Positions 41,617 through 53,697 of a stretch of 64,000 nt of DNA are shown here, one piece after another; the first letter of the stretch is position 1; every line of letters begins with the position of its first letter. Source of the stretch: a virus (lineage: Duplodnaviria; Caudoviricetes); the IMG/VR virus record IMGVR_UViG_643348562_000001, positions 20,153-84,152 of that record. One strand, 5' to 3'. The notes under the pieces are model-generated. The model had not been told where the DNA came from, did no database searches, and worked only from the letters and a program-made list of their open reading frames with translations. Both the position numbers and the translations under genes were made by a program.

Positions 41617-41850
41617 TCGTCCTAGACATGACGTTAAAAGGTCTCTTTATTATGGATGGCTTTAAAACTCACGTCCAGAAAGGAATAGTGATCACTTAAG
41701 TATCTCATGATGGTGGTATTCCATCAGGTCTTGTGAGTGACATCATACTCACGTGTCCAGCTTATCGACGCTATAACTGTAAGTGTCGTTCGCTTGTACG
41801 TCAACAAGCTAGTCAATCGCTGACTTTACAGCGTAATAAAATGTAGACGA
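41617..41850 (+). ncRNA. Putative multi-hairpin leader RNA upstream of scaffold gene
   Basis: Basal TCGTC(C)TA/TAGACGA pairing encloses at least five hairpins. Confidence 0.45.
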
Positions 41851-41866
41851 AAAGAGGAGAATTAAT

Positions 41867-42472
41867 ATGGAACGTAAAGATTTAACGGAATTAGGTATTG
41901 AAGCAGAAGCAGTTGATAAAATCATGGAAATGTACGGTAAAGATGTCAATCCAATTAAGCAAGAAAATGAATCATTGAAAGCAGAAGTGAAATCTTTTAA
42001 AGAGCAAGTAGCTGATCGTGATAACCAACTTGATGAAATTAAAACTAAAGTTGGTGATGCTGAAGCTTTAAACGCAACGATTGATTCATTGAAACAAGCT
42101 AATAAGGATAAGGATGAAGCACATCAGAATTTAGTGAATCAAGTGAAATTGGATTATGAAATTAAATTAGCATTAAACGAAGCCGGTGCAAAAAATGAAA
42201 GAGCAGTTAAAGCTTTAATAGACTTAGACACTGTAAAAATCAATGAAGACGGGCAGTTAATCGGTCTAAACGAGCAACTAACTAATCTGAAATCAACTGA
42301 CGACTATTTATTTAATGGTCCAATCAATCCCGAAAACAAAGATATTAATAACAATCCGGAAAAGCCACCTAACAACCTTAATCCCGGAGGGCTACAAGGA
42401 AATGGTGGTAAAGACCCAGACTTATCTGAAGTCGGAAAAGCACATGCAAAACGATTATTTAATAAAGAATAA
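41867..42472 (+). CDS. Capsid scaffold protein (GP20-like)
   Basis: MERKDLTELG...GAKNERAVKAL...YLF pattern. Confidence 0.85.
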   Translation: MERKDLTELGIEAEAVDKIMEMYGKDVNPIKQENESLKAEVKSFKEQVADRDNQLDEIKTKVGDAEALNATIDSLKQANKDKDEAHQNLVNQVKLDYEIKLALNEAGAKNERAVKALIDLDTVKINEDGQLIGLNEQLTNLKSTDDYLFNGPINPENKDINNNPEKPPNNLNPGGLQGNGGKDPDLSEVGKAHAKRLFNKE

Positions 42473-42485
42473 GGAGGAAAATTAA

Positions 42486-42860
42486 ATGAATTTAAAACCA
42501 AAAGTGAGCGCTCAATATAATAATGCTCCTACAGCATTCCGCGATTTTAAAGCAGTAGAATGGAAAGTGGGTAACGCGGTATTAGACGCTTCTAAACTTA
42601 AAAAAGGCCAAGTGATTAAACCTTTTACTGCTATTTTCTTAAATGAATCTACTGGTTTATTTGAATTAGTGGCAAGCGATACACCAGCAACAATGAAAGG
42701 TGCATTAATTACAGGTTCAGAAGAAGTAGTTATCGAAGATACTACTACAAATGAATTAGTATCAGCTATCCGTAAAGCATCTCTTATTGAAGAGCGTTGC
42801 ACAGGTGTAACTGCAAACTTTAAAACAGCAACTCAAGGAAGATTAACGTTTGACGTTTAA
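42486..42860 (+). CDS. Head decoration protein (putative)
   Basis: Between scaffold and capsid genes. Confidence 0.55.
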   Translation: MNLKPKVSAQYNNAPTAFRDFKAVEWKVGNAVLDASKLKKGQVIKPFTAIFLNESTGLFELVASDTPATMKGALITGSEEVVIEDTTTNELVSAIRKASLIEERCTGVTANFKTATQGRLTFDV

Positions 42861-42886
42861 TCAATATAAAACTAGGAGGGAATTAA

Positions 42887-43891
42887 ATGGTATTAGAGAT
42901 TAAAGAATTTGAACAACCGGCATTACAAGCATTTATCGCTGAAGCGCCGATTACTAAAGAACATAGACTTGCTAAATGTTATCCTGTTGAGCAAGTTGAT
43001 GAGATTTCAAGCGTATACGACTTAGTGACAAATCAAAAGATTGTTGCAGGTTCTATCGTTGGATTTAATGCAGGTACACCTGTAAGAACTAAAGGAGAAG
43101 CGAAACAAGCAGTAGCGAAATTAACTAAAATCGCTCACGCATATCACTTAGATGAAGAAGATATGTTTAAGTTCCGCAATCCACGTAATGACGAAGAGCG
43201 TCAGCGCATTATCGATCGTACATTACTAAGCACAGCTGAATTATCTGAAGGTATTGAAGATACTAAAGAATTGATTCGTGCTGAATTAACATATCGTGGG
43301 CGTTTCAACTATGAAGATAAACGTGACAACGTTAAGATTCAGTTTGAATTAGAACGTCCTGATGGAAATGACATGACTGCCACTACAAAATGGGCTGACA
43401 CTGCTAACTCTACACCATTATCTGATATTGAAGCGGCAATCGCTCAATTCAAGTTAACAAATGGCAACAAAGCTCCAGATTATATCGTTATGACTGAAGC
43501 TACTTATGCATTATTCAAACGTTCTAAACAAGTTAAAGACGAATTATATCGTGATGGATTACAACCTCGTATCATCAAAGATGGTGAAATCGCTGACTTA
43601 TTCGAGTCAAACGGTTATCCAACTTTAGAAATCGAAAAAGGTTTCACTACTTTAGAAAATGCTGACGGTACAACTTATGATGTTGCACACTTAGAAGACA
43701 ACAAATTTGTTTTACATGCTGCGATTATGGGTGCTACGTTAAGTGGTCCTGCTGCTGAAAACAACTTCGCTAAAGGTAAGTTTGCTTATCGAGTAATTTC
43801 TCAAGATCCAATCGGAGAAAAAACAATCGTTGGTGAAGTAACATTACCTGTTTCTAAAAACTTTAATGGAAATGTAATTGTGACTGTCTAA
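42887..43891 (+). CDS. Major capsid protein (capsid E family)
   Basis: 334 aa; KLTKIAHAYHLDE pattern; synteny. Confidence 0.85.
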   Translation: MVLEIKEFEQPALQAFIAEAPITKEHRLAKCYPVEQVDEISSVYDLVTNQKIVAGSIVGFNAGTPVRTKGEAKQAVAKLTKIAHAYHLDEEDMFKFRNPRNDEERQRIIDRTLLSTAELSEGIEDTKELIRAELTYRGRFNYEDKRDNVKIQFELERPDGNDMTATTKWADTANSTPLSDIEAAIAQFKLTNGNKAPDYIVMTEATYALFKRSKQVKDELYRDGLQPRIIKDGEIADLFESNGYPTLEIEKGFTTLENADGTTYDVAHLEDNKFVLHAAIMGATLSGPAAENNFAKGKFAYRVISQDPIGEKTIVGEVTLPVSKNFNGNVIVTV

Positions 43892-43932
43892 TTTAGACAG
43901 TCTCTTTTATTAATTAATAGGAGGACTTAAGG

Positions 43933-44208
43933 ATGCCAAAAGTATATGTAGATAAAGGTACTGTAATTCACAAAGGACAGGCTTATTTTAGACAGTCTTT
44001 AGACCTTACTCAAGAAGAGTATGCGAATGTAAAAGACTTAGTGACAATTGAAGATGCAACTGAGACAACTGAAAAATCTTATAAAGATTTAGATGTAGAA
44101 GAACTGAAAGCACTAGTCGAAGAAAAAGGCCTGGAAGTCGTTGCTACAGGTAAAAATGGAGCAGTAAAAGCTGACTACGTGAAAGCATTAGAAGAAGCAG
44201 CAGAATAA
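43933..44208 (+). CDS. Small head-associated protein with HeH-like C-terminus
   Basis: VEELKALVEEKGL...KADYVKAL. Confidence 0.6.
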   Translation: MPKVYVDKGTVIHKGQAYFRQSLDLTQEEYANVKDLVTIEDATETTEKSYKDLDVEELKALVEEKGLEVVATGKNGAVKADYVKALEEAAE

Positions 44209-44225
44209 TGTAAAGGTGTGATGTT

Positions 44226-44609
44226 ATGGAAACATTGGAACAACATCAATCATTAATCGATGGCACAGTGGCATACATGAACATCATGCCATTACCTGAT
44301 TATATTAATGAAGTACCAAGTGAAGACTTACCGAAGTATTTGTTTTCGGCCATTCAAGATATTAAGGATTACTTCCCTAGTATCGAGTTAACACCGAGAA
44401 TGGTTTATCTACAACTTGATTACAATTTAGAAGCGGAAGAAGAAGGTTTTGGAGTGCTTAAGCGCCATAACGTTGAAGACTATACAGTTAAAGATGTTAA
44501 AGTCGTATTCAATCATGAAAAGCTATCTCCATCGCTACTAGCGATTATAGATGGAATACTAGCTGAGGAACGAAAGACATCCACAGGTAGAACAGGGAGG
44601 TTGATATAA
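44226..44609 (+). CDS. Head-tail adaptor (putative)
   Basis: Synteny. Confidence 0.55.
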   Translation: METLEQHQSLIDGTVAYMNIMPLPDYINEVPSEDLPKYLFSAIQDIKDYFPSIELTPRMVYLQLDYNLEAEEEGFGVLKRHNVEDYTVKDVKVVFNHEKLSPSLLAIIDGILAEERKTSTGRTGRLI

Positions 44610-44953
44610 TGAGACCTCCAATGAATCAAAGAGTATTAGTCAATAAAGCGGTTCTGAATGAACATGGTATACCTACGACTGATAAATACGGAAGGCCTTT
44701 AACGAAAAGAGTAGAGTCTAAAGCTCGTGTCAGACGTAAGTCGAATTTGATTATTACACCAAGTGGTACTGAAACAAATACGAATATCGAAATTGATGTA
44801 CCTTCTCAAATGATTGTCAAAGAAGGAGAAGAAATCAGTTATATCGATATGGATGGTAACGATGGTACAGGTAAAGTTATCTCTTACGAGGAAGCAACTA
44901 ACGTTACAGGTTCACGCGTACTTTTCAGGACGGTGTTTGTTGATGGCCGATGA
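44609..44953 (+). CDS. Head-tail joining protein (putative)
   Basis: Synteny. Confidence 0.55.
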   Translation: MRPPMNQRVLVNKAVLNEHGIPTTDKYGRPLTKRVESKARVRRKSNLIITPSGTETNTNIEIDVPSQMIVKEGEEISYIDMDGNDGTGKVISYEEATNVTGSRVLFRTVFVDGR

Positions 44954-45425
44954 GTATTTTAAATTTGAATTTGATGATAGTTACAAAGAACTGCAAAGTT
45001 ACTTTAAAAAGTTTGATCAACGCTTTACTAAGATCGTTATTCAAGAACTCGGTAAGTTTGGATTAAGAGTAGAAGAAGTAGCAAAAGCACTTGCTCCACG
45101 TGATTCAGGAGACTTAGAAGACTCAATAAATACTTCTAAAGTAATAGTTGAAGGTAAAACATTCTCGATTACCATAGGTACTAACATGAAATACGCTCTA
45201 AGAATTCATGAGCAGCCTGAAAATAAAGGTGTTAGGCCTAAGTATCAAAGAGGTGTTAAATTCCCTGAATACTATAAAGATGGACGTGGAGAGAACACAC
45301 GTAACAAACCGAATGTTAATGGATATAAGCCAGGAAGAAAGTATCTTACTAATGCAGTTAAAGTTACTGAAGACGACTGGAATATAATGTGCGAAAGAAT
45401 TCTAGCGCGAGTATTGGAGGGTTAG
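44943..45425 (+). CDS. HK97 gp10-like tail component
   Basis: APRDSGDLEDSI...YALRIHE...PGRKYL. Confidence 0.75.
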   Translation: MADEYFKFEFDDSYKELQSYFKKFDQRFTKIVIQELGKFGLRVEEVAKALAPRDSGDLEDSINTSKVIVEGKTFSITIGTNMKYALRIHEQPENKGVRPKYQRGVKFPEYYKDGRGENTRNKPNVNGYKPGRKYLTNAVKVTEDDWNIMCERILARVLEG

Positions 45426-45429
45426 ACTG

Positions 45430-45810
45430 ATGATACAAGAGTCAATCATGAATCTGTTAAGAGAAAATATAGCTGGGCTTACTTGGTCAGTCGACTACCG
45501 TACATTGGGTGACAATACAGGTACAGTATATTCGGATGGTGGAGAAAAGCCTGGTATATATGATGATGAAATGAAATATCCGCACTATCAAATCTATATC
45601 AGATCAAGTGATTTTGATAGGTGCAAAGACATAGCTTTTAAAGTCTATGCATTGCTCCATAAAAAGAGCGGTTGGTTAATTAACGAGCAAAACAATGTAA
45701 TACATGTTTACTTCATCGAAGCGTTGTCTGAGCCACTTAGAATAGGTGTAGAGGATAATGTGATGGAGTATAGCATTAACTTTAGAACAACTTTAAGAAT
45801 TGAAAACTAA
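45430..45810 (+). CDS. Tail terminator (minor capsid 3-like)
   Basis: YPHYQIYIRS motif; synteny. Confidence 0.7.
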   Translation: MIQESIMNLLRENIAGLTWSVDYRTLGDNTGTVYSDGGEKPGIYDDEMKYPHYQIYIRSSDFDRCKDIAFKVYALLHKKSGWLINEQNNVIHVYFIEALSEPLRIGVEDNVMEYSINFRTTLRIEN

Positions 45811-45873
45811 AGCATATTTAGACATCTGAAACGATGTCTATTTTTTATGCAAAAAACAGGAGGAATAAATTAT

Positions 45874-46452
45874 ATGAACGCATTTGATAAAAGTATCATG
45901 TTCGGTATGGCTAATTTTAAATTGACAGGTACAGACAGCAAAGTTCTCAACTTTGATGGTAAAGCAACAGGAGATGGTACTAGCTTCTTACAAACAGAAG
46001 GTGGGGTTCTTACTATTGAACCTAAGTTTAAGGAAATTCAATTTGAAGATACTGGTGAAAGTGACATCGACAATCGAGTTGTCGGTTGGGAAGTAAAAGT
46101 TAAAATGACTGTATCTCAAGAAACTCTAGAATTGATTCAATTGGCGATGGCCGGTGCACATGCTATTAAGGATAGTGCAGGGTCAAAATTGATTGGTATT
46201 ACAGATGGTCCATTAGGTTCATCTAACCGAGATCGTGGAGTAAAAATGGAAATCCACCCACGCCAATTAGCAGCTGAGGATAAATCTATGGATATCGTTA
46301 TCTATAAAGTTGCATCTACATCAGGATTCGAACGAGCATTTAAAAATGAACAAGGTAAATTTGATTTAGAATTCGTAGCTTATCCTAAAGATAACTTTGA
46401 TATGAGTCAACCAAACAACTTCTTCCAAATCGGACAAGCTACAGCTGAATAA
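45874..46452 (+). CDS. Major tail (tube) protein
   Basis: Synteny; AGGAGG RBS; followed by a terminator. Confidence 0.8.
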   Translation: MNAFDKSIMFGMANFKLTGTDSKVLNFDGKATGDGTSFLQTEGGVLTIEPKFKEIQFEDTGESDIDNRVVGWEVKVKMTVSQETLELIQLAMAGAHAIKDSAGSKLIGITDGPLGSSNRDRGVKMEIHPRQLAAEDKSMDIVIYKVASTSGFERAFKNEQGKFDLEFVAYPKDNFDMSQPNNFFQIGQATAE

Positions 46453-46527
46453 CAATATAGCCCTACTTATGCTAGTAGGGTTATTTCTATATTTATTTAA
46501 ATAATTAATTGAAAAGAGGAATAAAAC

Positions 46528-47049
46528 ATGACAAACGAAGTAAAAGTATTAATAACTCAATACGTTAATGAAAAAGGTGTATTAAAAGACGATAGTAAAA
46601 AAGAAATAGTAATCAAAGCGATGCGACCATATCAGTTCTTTGCTATTACTAAAGTTTTAAAAACGTTAATCAATGAGCTAAATGCTGATGAAAATATCAA
46701 CGGTGCTTTAGTAGGATTATTCGATACGGTAGAAGAAGGTATGGATACTAAAGATTTATTAAGTGCATTATCAGCTCAGTTCGTTAAGGATTCAGCTGGA
46801 TCAATCGGATTATTATTAGAGGTTGCTCCTGAAAGTGCTTTAAAACTGATTTCAATCTTATCCGATGTGCATCCTGATCAATTAGAACTTCAAGAGATGG
46901 ATACATTCTTTGATGTTGTAGATGCAATTGCAGAAGTTAATGACTTAGCTAAGGTTGTTGAACGTGTAAAAAAGTCTACGAAAAGTTTTCAGAAGAGTCT
47001 CAAATGGGGCGAGAAAGTTACTCAAGCGACTCTAAGTCCAGTGAACTAA
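46528..47049 (+). CDS. Tail assembly chaperone (G-like)
   Basis: Before TMP; contains A AAA AAG. Confidence 0.75.
   Translation: MTNEVKVLITQYVNEKGVLKDDSKKEIVIKAMRPYQFFAITKVLKTLINELNADENINGALVGLFDTVEEGMDTKDLLSALSAQFVKDSAGSIGLLLEVAPESALKLISILSDVHPDQLELQEMDTFFDVVDAIAEVNDLAKVVERVKKSTKSFQKSLKWGEKVTQATLSPVN
46968..46974 (+). other. Programmed -1 frameshift site A AAA AAG
   Basis: In-frame heptamer; the -1 frame has TGA just upstream and is open into 47004-47387. Confidence 0.8.
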
Positions 47050-47387
47050 GTGGTTATGAGCTTGAAGATGCTCTCGTATATAAGCTTGCGCATAAATTAG
47101 GTGGAAGGTCAGAAATCATTGATATGCCACTTGAAGAAGCGTTAGCTTATTTAATTATCATTATTGAACAGGAAGAGCAACAGGCAGAAGCGAAGAAGTG
47201 GGATTTATATATGAATCACATGTCACGTATTAATGCGAATCCTGCACATAACGATAAAGAATCGAAACGGAGATATGAATTCATTGAAACCATAAATCCT
47301 ATGAAAGAAAATAAAGCACTAGAAATGCCTAAAGAATTAGAGTGGAATTTCGAGCAACTTGAACAATTAAAAGCATTACAAACTTAA
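47004..47387 (+). CDS. Tail assembly chaperone T part
   Basis: -1 frame relative to 46528-47049. Confidence 0.7.
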   Translation: MGRESYSSDSKSSELSGYELEDALVYKLAHKLGGRSEIIDMPLEEALAYLIIIIEQEEQQAEAKKWDLYMNHMSRINANPAHNDKESKRRYEFIETINPMKENKALEMPKELEWNFEQLEQLKALQT

Positions 47388-47426
47388 TTAATTATTTAAA
47401 TGAATATATAAGGAAAGGAGGATAAT

Positions 47427-50400
47427 ATGGCTAACATACAAGAAATAGGCACTAAATTTACGATGTCTGTAGATGGGATGTTGAATAAGTTCAAGGTACT
47501 TGAACAGAACTTTGATAATTTGCCAAAAGTTGCTGAAAAATCAACAAAGCGTATGGATAAAGCATTTGGTGCTATAGATGATTCACTTAAGACATTTGAC
47601 AAGCGTTTATCTGAAACGGGTAAAGATTTCGACACTAAGAAGTTGCAGTCTGAATTACAAAAGGCTCAAAAGGAATTTAAAGATACAGGTAATATCAATA
47701 AAGAGACGATGCAATCACTTCAAAAGGAAATTAAGAGTGTTGATTGGAAGTCTTTAGATGCAAATTCACGTGATACATTTAAAACTGTTATTCGTAATGT
47801 TAACAGTGTAGAGCGCAATATGAATAAGCTGAATGATGTTAAGTTTCTTGAAGGACTACCTGATGATGCGAAAGAAGCAGGTAAGCATTTACTAGCACTA
47901 CAAAAAGATGTTGAGAAGACAAGTAAATCACTTGAGAAAACTGATGATAAGGTTGATTTTAATAAGCTCAATAGTGAGCTCAATAAAGCTAAAAAAGAAT
48001 TACAATCAACGGGTAAGGTTGCAGATAACACACTTGATCAGATAAATAAGGATATTAAAGATGTTGATTTTGAATCGATGTCTATGAGTGCTAATGTAGC
48101 ATTCGGTAAGGTCGAAGAACGTGCTGAACAACTCGATAGAAAACTTAGGAACGTTGGAGAGGATGTTAATCTATCTAATTCTACTAAAAACATTTCTGAG
48201 GACATTGATGGCGCAACTGGTTCGGTTGGTGGCTTGAAAGGTGCATTTAAAGGATTAGGACCTGTTATTGGAGGCGCATTAGCTACTGTAAGCATAACGG
48301 AATTTACAAAGAAGATAGTTGAATCTACTGCTGAAATTGAAGCGTTAAACTCTCAGTACGAACAAGTTATGGGCAAAATGAAGAATACAACTGATAAGTA
48401 TCTTGGAGAGATGGCTCAGAAGTATAATGTGCATCCTAACGAATTAAAGAAGTCGATGCTTCAATATCAAGCGATTCTTAAATCGAAAGGATTAAATGAA
48501 CAAGATGCATACGAAACTTCTAAAATGTGGTTAGAACGTACTGTTGACGGTTCAGCATTTGCTAATGAATCGATTGAAGAATCAACTGGACGTATGATGG
48601 CTGTTATTAAAGGCGAATACGATTCTGCAGATACAGTTATGATTAACTTGTCTCAAACAATGCTTAATGATAAAGCTCAAGAGAAATACGGTAAGAAATG
48701 GGAGCAGTTAAGTGTTACTCAACAGGAACAGCTAAAAGTACAAGAATCAATAAGACAACATACTTCAGCTGGTGTACTTGGTCAGGGTGTAAAAGAAGCG
48801 GATAGCTATGAAAAGAACTTAGCTCAATTGAAGAACACCTGGAAAGACTTTCTTGCTTCTTATGGTGGACCTGCGCTAGATATCGCTAATAAAGGTTTGA
48901 AAGGCGGTATCAAAATCATTGAAGGTATGGCTAAAGGGTTTAGTACTATCGGTAAATTGATTAAGGAACTAACTGGTGGTAAACAAGTTAACATACTTCA
49001 AAAGCTAGGTTTTAGTAACGGAGAAGCAAATAACATCATAAATTGGTTCAATACGTTAAAACAACAATTGTCAATTGCAGGACGGGCTATAAGTGACTTC
49101 GTCAAAGATGGTTTCGGTAAAATCAAAGCGTTTTTTACTGGACCTGATGGGCAACAGATTATGCAAGCTTACAAAAATATATTTAACGGATTGCTAGCTG
49201 TCGTGAAATTTGTTATGCCAGTAGTTCTGTATATAGTTAAAGATATATTTGGAAACATAACAGGTTTCTTAAAAGGGTTGTTTCAGTGGTGGAAAGGCTT
49301 ATTACAAGTCTTTGCAGGTCTATTTACAGGTGATTGGAAGAAGATGTGGGAAGGTGTCAAAAATCTATTTTTTGGCGCAATAAAGATGATATGGAATGGT
49401 GTCCAATTATTATTCTATGGAAAACTGCTTAAAGGCGGTTTAGCCTTTGCTAAATTATTCGCCGGTAGCTTTAAATCCATGTGGAAAGGTATCCTCAATT
49501 TATTTAAGAATTTCGGTAAATTTATATGGGATACTTCAACAAAAGTATCGAAAAACGTCATTGGTGCTTTCAAGAATCTATGGACAGGTTCAATGAATAT
49601 CATAAAGAATTTAAAATCAGGACTTTATAATTCTTGGGTGTCTATAAAGAAAACAACAGTAGATGCAGCGGTTGGATTAAAAGACGGTGTCGTTGGTGCA
49701 TTTAAAAACACTTGGAATGGTATAAAAGGATGGATTAAATCGATTAAAGATGGCGTAGTCGGCATGAAAGATTCCGTCATTGAAACAGGTAAAAAGATGG
49801 CGTCTGGTCTAAAGGATAAAGTCGTTGGTGGACTAAATTCTATGATCGATGGCGTAAACTGGGTAGCTGATAAATTAGGAATGGGTAAACCATTATCTAA
49901 AATTGATGCTAGTAAATATTCTACAGGTACCGGAGGGCATCCTGAAGATGGATGGGCAACTGTAGGAGATAAAGGTCCAGGTAACGGAAAAGGCACAAGA
50001 GAAATTGTTCAATTCCCAAACGGACGCACAGCATTATTCGAGAAAGAAACAACGTTCTGAATGCCTAAAGGAACACATGTTTATAACAATAAGCAAACTG
50101 AAGAATTATTAGAACCTGCTAGGTATTCAAGAGGTACTCCTGGTATGGGAATGCTTGTTAAAGCGACTAGTAATGCAATTACGAGTTCGACTAAACTATT
50201 TGGTGCAAAAAATACTAGGAAGGCACTTGATTATACTGCTGAAAAAGGTGCAGAAGTTGAGAAAGTAACTAGAGCTGGTGCAGAAATCGCTGGAGACATT
50301 ATGGATTACATTGAAAATCCTAGTAAATTAGTAGATCTTGCGATGAAAAAATTCGGAGTAGACTTTAGTGGAATCTCTGGATTACCTGGCGACATGATGT

Positions 50401-53273
50401 TAAGTGCTTATAAGAAGCTAAAAAACCAAACTGTAAAGTTAGTTACAGGTTGGATAGATGAAGCAACAGGTGGCAATGCAGACGGTACTGAAATTCTTGG
50501 ATGGCCGATGACTACACCATATAGTCCTAACGCAGCAGTGCCAGGATATCCTACTTCTTTCAATGGCGGACGACACTATGGTATCGACTTAGGTATACCA
50601 TCAGGAACAACAATTCATGCGCCGACAAGTGGTATTGTTTCTCAACAATCCAACTATGGTGGTGGTATGGTAGCACGTTTGTTATCAGGTAAAATCGCTC
50701 AATACTTCCTACATTTAAGTAAGGTATTGAAAACAGGACCTGTTAAACAAGGCGACGCGATTGCTAAGTCTGGTAATAGTGGAGCTTGGACTACAGGCGC
50801 CCATTTACACTATCAAGTAGAAAGTCCTGCATCTGCAGAGCTTACTAATGCTAACACACTAGATCCTGTTAAGTTCCTGAAAGGTAAAGGCGGCGGTGGT
50901 GCAGGAATACTCAAAAGTGTTTCAGCTCCTGGTAATATATCAAACTGGATTTCTAGTGCTATTAAAAGAACGAGTGTACCATCAACCTGGGCTCCGTATC
51001 TTAAAACTATTGCTAAATACGAATCCGGTTTTAATCCTGCAGCTGTTCAAAATGGTTATGTTGATGTTAATACAGGTGGAAATGAAGCGCGTGGATTAAT
51101 GCAGGTAACTCCTCAAACATACAGAGGTTTGATGGGAACAACTGAAGGTATGATGAATCCTATTAATAACATTACTGCTTCAATCAAATGGATTAAGTCT
51201 CGTTACGGAACAGTAACTAATATTCCGGGTATGGCATCTGGTACATGGCGCGGTGGTTATGCGAATGGCGGTATCATTCCTAAAGATTCTATTTATCGTG
51301 GTGGTGAAGAAGGTAAAGAGGTTGTAATTCCTACTGTTCCTAAGCGTAAAAATCGTGCAAATCAACTCATAGCTTTAGCTGATAGAATGGTTAATGGTAA
51401 GCCTAAGCGTTATGCTGGTGGTACTAAAAAACCATCTACTCATAAAGTAAAATGGGGAGATACGTTATGGGATATTAGTCGTAAAAATGGTACTACAGTA
51501 AAAGCGCTGCAATTATTAAATGGTATTAAAAATCATTTAATCTATCCTGGTCAGATTATTAAATTAACAGGTGCTATTACAGGATTAAAAAAGAATGTAT
51601 CACAACAATCAAAGACGCATAAAGCAACAGTACAGGCATTAAGTAAAGCACAAAGAATGTACAATACGGGTAGTGCTATCGCTAAACGAGGTAAAACGAG
51701 CGGTAAAGTTACTGGTAAAGAAGATATTGCTATCGGTAACTTAATCATGGCCAACATGAAGAATATTGGTAAGTTACCTGTTGAGAAGATGCAATCTAAT
51801 CTTAATGCAATTAACAAGAAGATAAATTCAGTCATTGCATCAAATGAAGGTAAGATAGCAACTCTAAATAATAAGATTGTAAAATCTTCTAAGTCTGCTG
51901 AAATTAAAGGTGCAAGCAGAGAGATACAAAACCGTAAGAATAATATCGCCACACTCAATAGCAAGATTAAAAAGACTTCAAACAAAAAACTTATTGCTAA
52001 ATATAAGAAAGATATCAAAGCGCATCAACGAAAAATAAGTTCGCTTGAAAATAAAATTAAACGTGCTACTAATAACAAAGTAGCAAACAATGCACGTGCA
52101 GATATTGCTGCATATCAAGCACAAATCAATAGTTTGAAGAAGTTGAAACAAAGCGAAGTATTGAAAACTAATTTTCTTGATAGTTTAGTCAAACATAAAC
52201 AACGACTACAGAATCAACTTAATAAGAAAAATGAAGAGCGCAAAGCATTAACAGAATCGAAAATGTCGTTTAGAGATAGCATAAGAGATTCTTATCGTGG
52301 ATTAGCAGGCTTTGAAGCGGCAAAAGGTAATACATCAAAAGACTTTATAGCATTTATGAAGTATCGACTTAACAGAATGAAGAAGTTTGCTGCTAATGTT
52401 TCTAAATTAAGACAGATGGGATTAGATCCTACAATCTTAAGAGAAATTCTTGCAGGTGGTATCGAAACTGCTATACCTCGTGTAGAAACTTTAGTCGGTG
52501 GAGGTAAGAAGAATGTTCTAGAAATTAATAAGCTGCAGAAACAAGTGTTAAGCTATGTTAACAATCTTTCAAATGAACATTCTCGCTTTGGTTACGATAA
52601 TGAAATTAAAGCTAAAGACAAAGAAGTTTCATCAATCAAGAAACAACAGATATCTTTGCAAAGTCGAGCAACTAGCTATTTGACTGCTAAACCTAAAACC
52701 AAGCCTAAAGTAAAACCTAAAGCCCTTGTTAAGAAGACTGTAGCATCAAAGGTTAAAGCTAAGGTGACACCTAAAGCAAAACCTAAAAAAACAAGAACTC
52801 ATAATATTAAATGGGGCGACACATTAGGTGGAATTGCAGCGAAATATCATACATCTGTATCTGCTATCAAGAAATTGAATGGTTTAAAATCAGATATGAT
52901 TTACGCTGGAAGAAAGCTTAAGATACCAGGATATGCTAAGGGTGGCATTGTAAATATCCCTCAAATAGCATGGATTGCAGAGGGTGGCTTTGCAGAATCG
53001 ATTATCAGTCATGATCCATCGCAACGTGTTCAACAGCAGAAGATATGGAAAGATACTGGCGATAAGCTTGGATTCACTAAAGATGATGCACTTACTATGC
53101 GAATGATTCAGCTACTAGAAGAGCAGAGAGAAATTCAAAGAGCAATAGCTCAAAGAGATACTGTACTTCAAATGGACGGTAAGGCAGTCGGTAAACAGAT
53201 TGCACCTCATATAGATAAGGAGCTTGCTAGAATTATGGAACTTGGGAAACGAGGTGTAAGACATGGTGGATAG
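47427..53273 (+). CDS. Tape measure protein with M23 peptidase, SLT transglycosylase and two LysM domains; single in-frame TGA at 50058-50060
   Basis: ORFs 47427-50060 and 50061-53273 are in the same frame; HYGID/HLHY (M23), ESGFNP..GLMQV (SLT), KWGDTL x2 (LysM). Confidence 0.9.
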
Positions 53274-53697
53274 ACTTAAAGCAGGATTTACTATTTATGA
53301 TAAGCACTCAAGCGAGTTATCTTTGGAAGTATATGATTATACTTTTCCTACACCACAGATGAGAGAAATCAAAGAAACCATTCCTTTTATGGATGGAGAA
53401 TACGATTTCTCTTTTTTATATGGAGAGCCTTCATATGATGAGCGTATTATAACAATGGACTCTAGGTGTTATATTAACGACTATGAAAGACGCACTAAGC
53501 ACATAAATTACCTGAAAGAGTGGTTAATAGGCAAACCTAAAAATAAGTTTATTTCTGAATTCTATCCAGGGTTGGAATTCAATATGAGGTGCAGCAGTTT
53601 TGAATTTGATATAACCGCCTATGGATTTGATTTAAAATTAATATTTACAGGTGATCCTAAAGCAAAAATGTCACTTACAGGAAAGTTGGTGATTTAA
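53263..53697 (+). CDS. Distal tail protein (short Dit-like)
   Basis: ETIPFMDGEYDFS motif; follows TMP. Confidence 0.7.
   Translation: MVDRLKAGFTIYDKHSSELSLEVYDYTFPTPQMREIKETIPFMDGEYDFSFLYGEPSYDERIITMDSRCYINDYERRTKHINYLKEWLIGKPKNKFISEFYPGLEFNMRCSSFEFDITAYGFDLKLIFTGDPKAKMSLTGKLVI

Noticed and set aside
50058-50060. Stop-codon reassignment (TGA read as Trp) in prophage 2
   Set aside because: A single case; other prophage 2 genes (e.g. the portal) end normally at TGA
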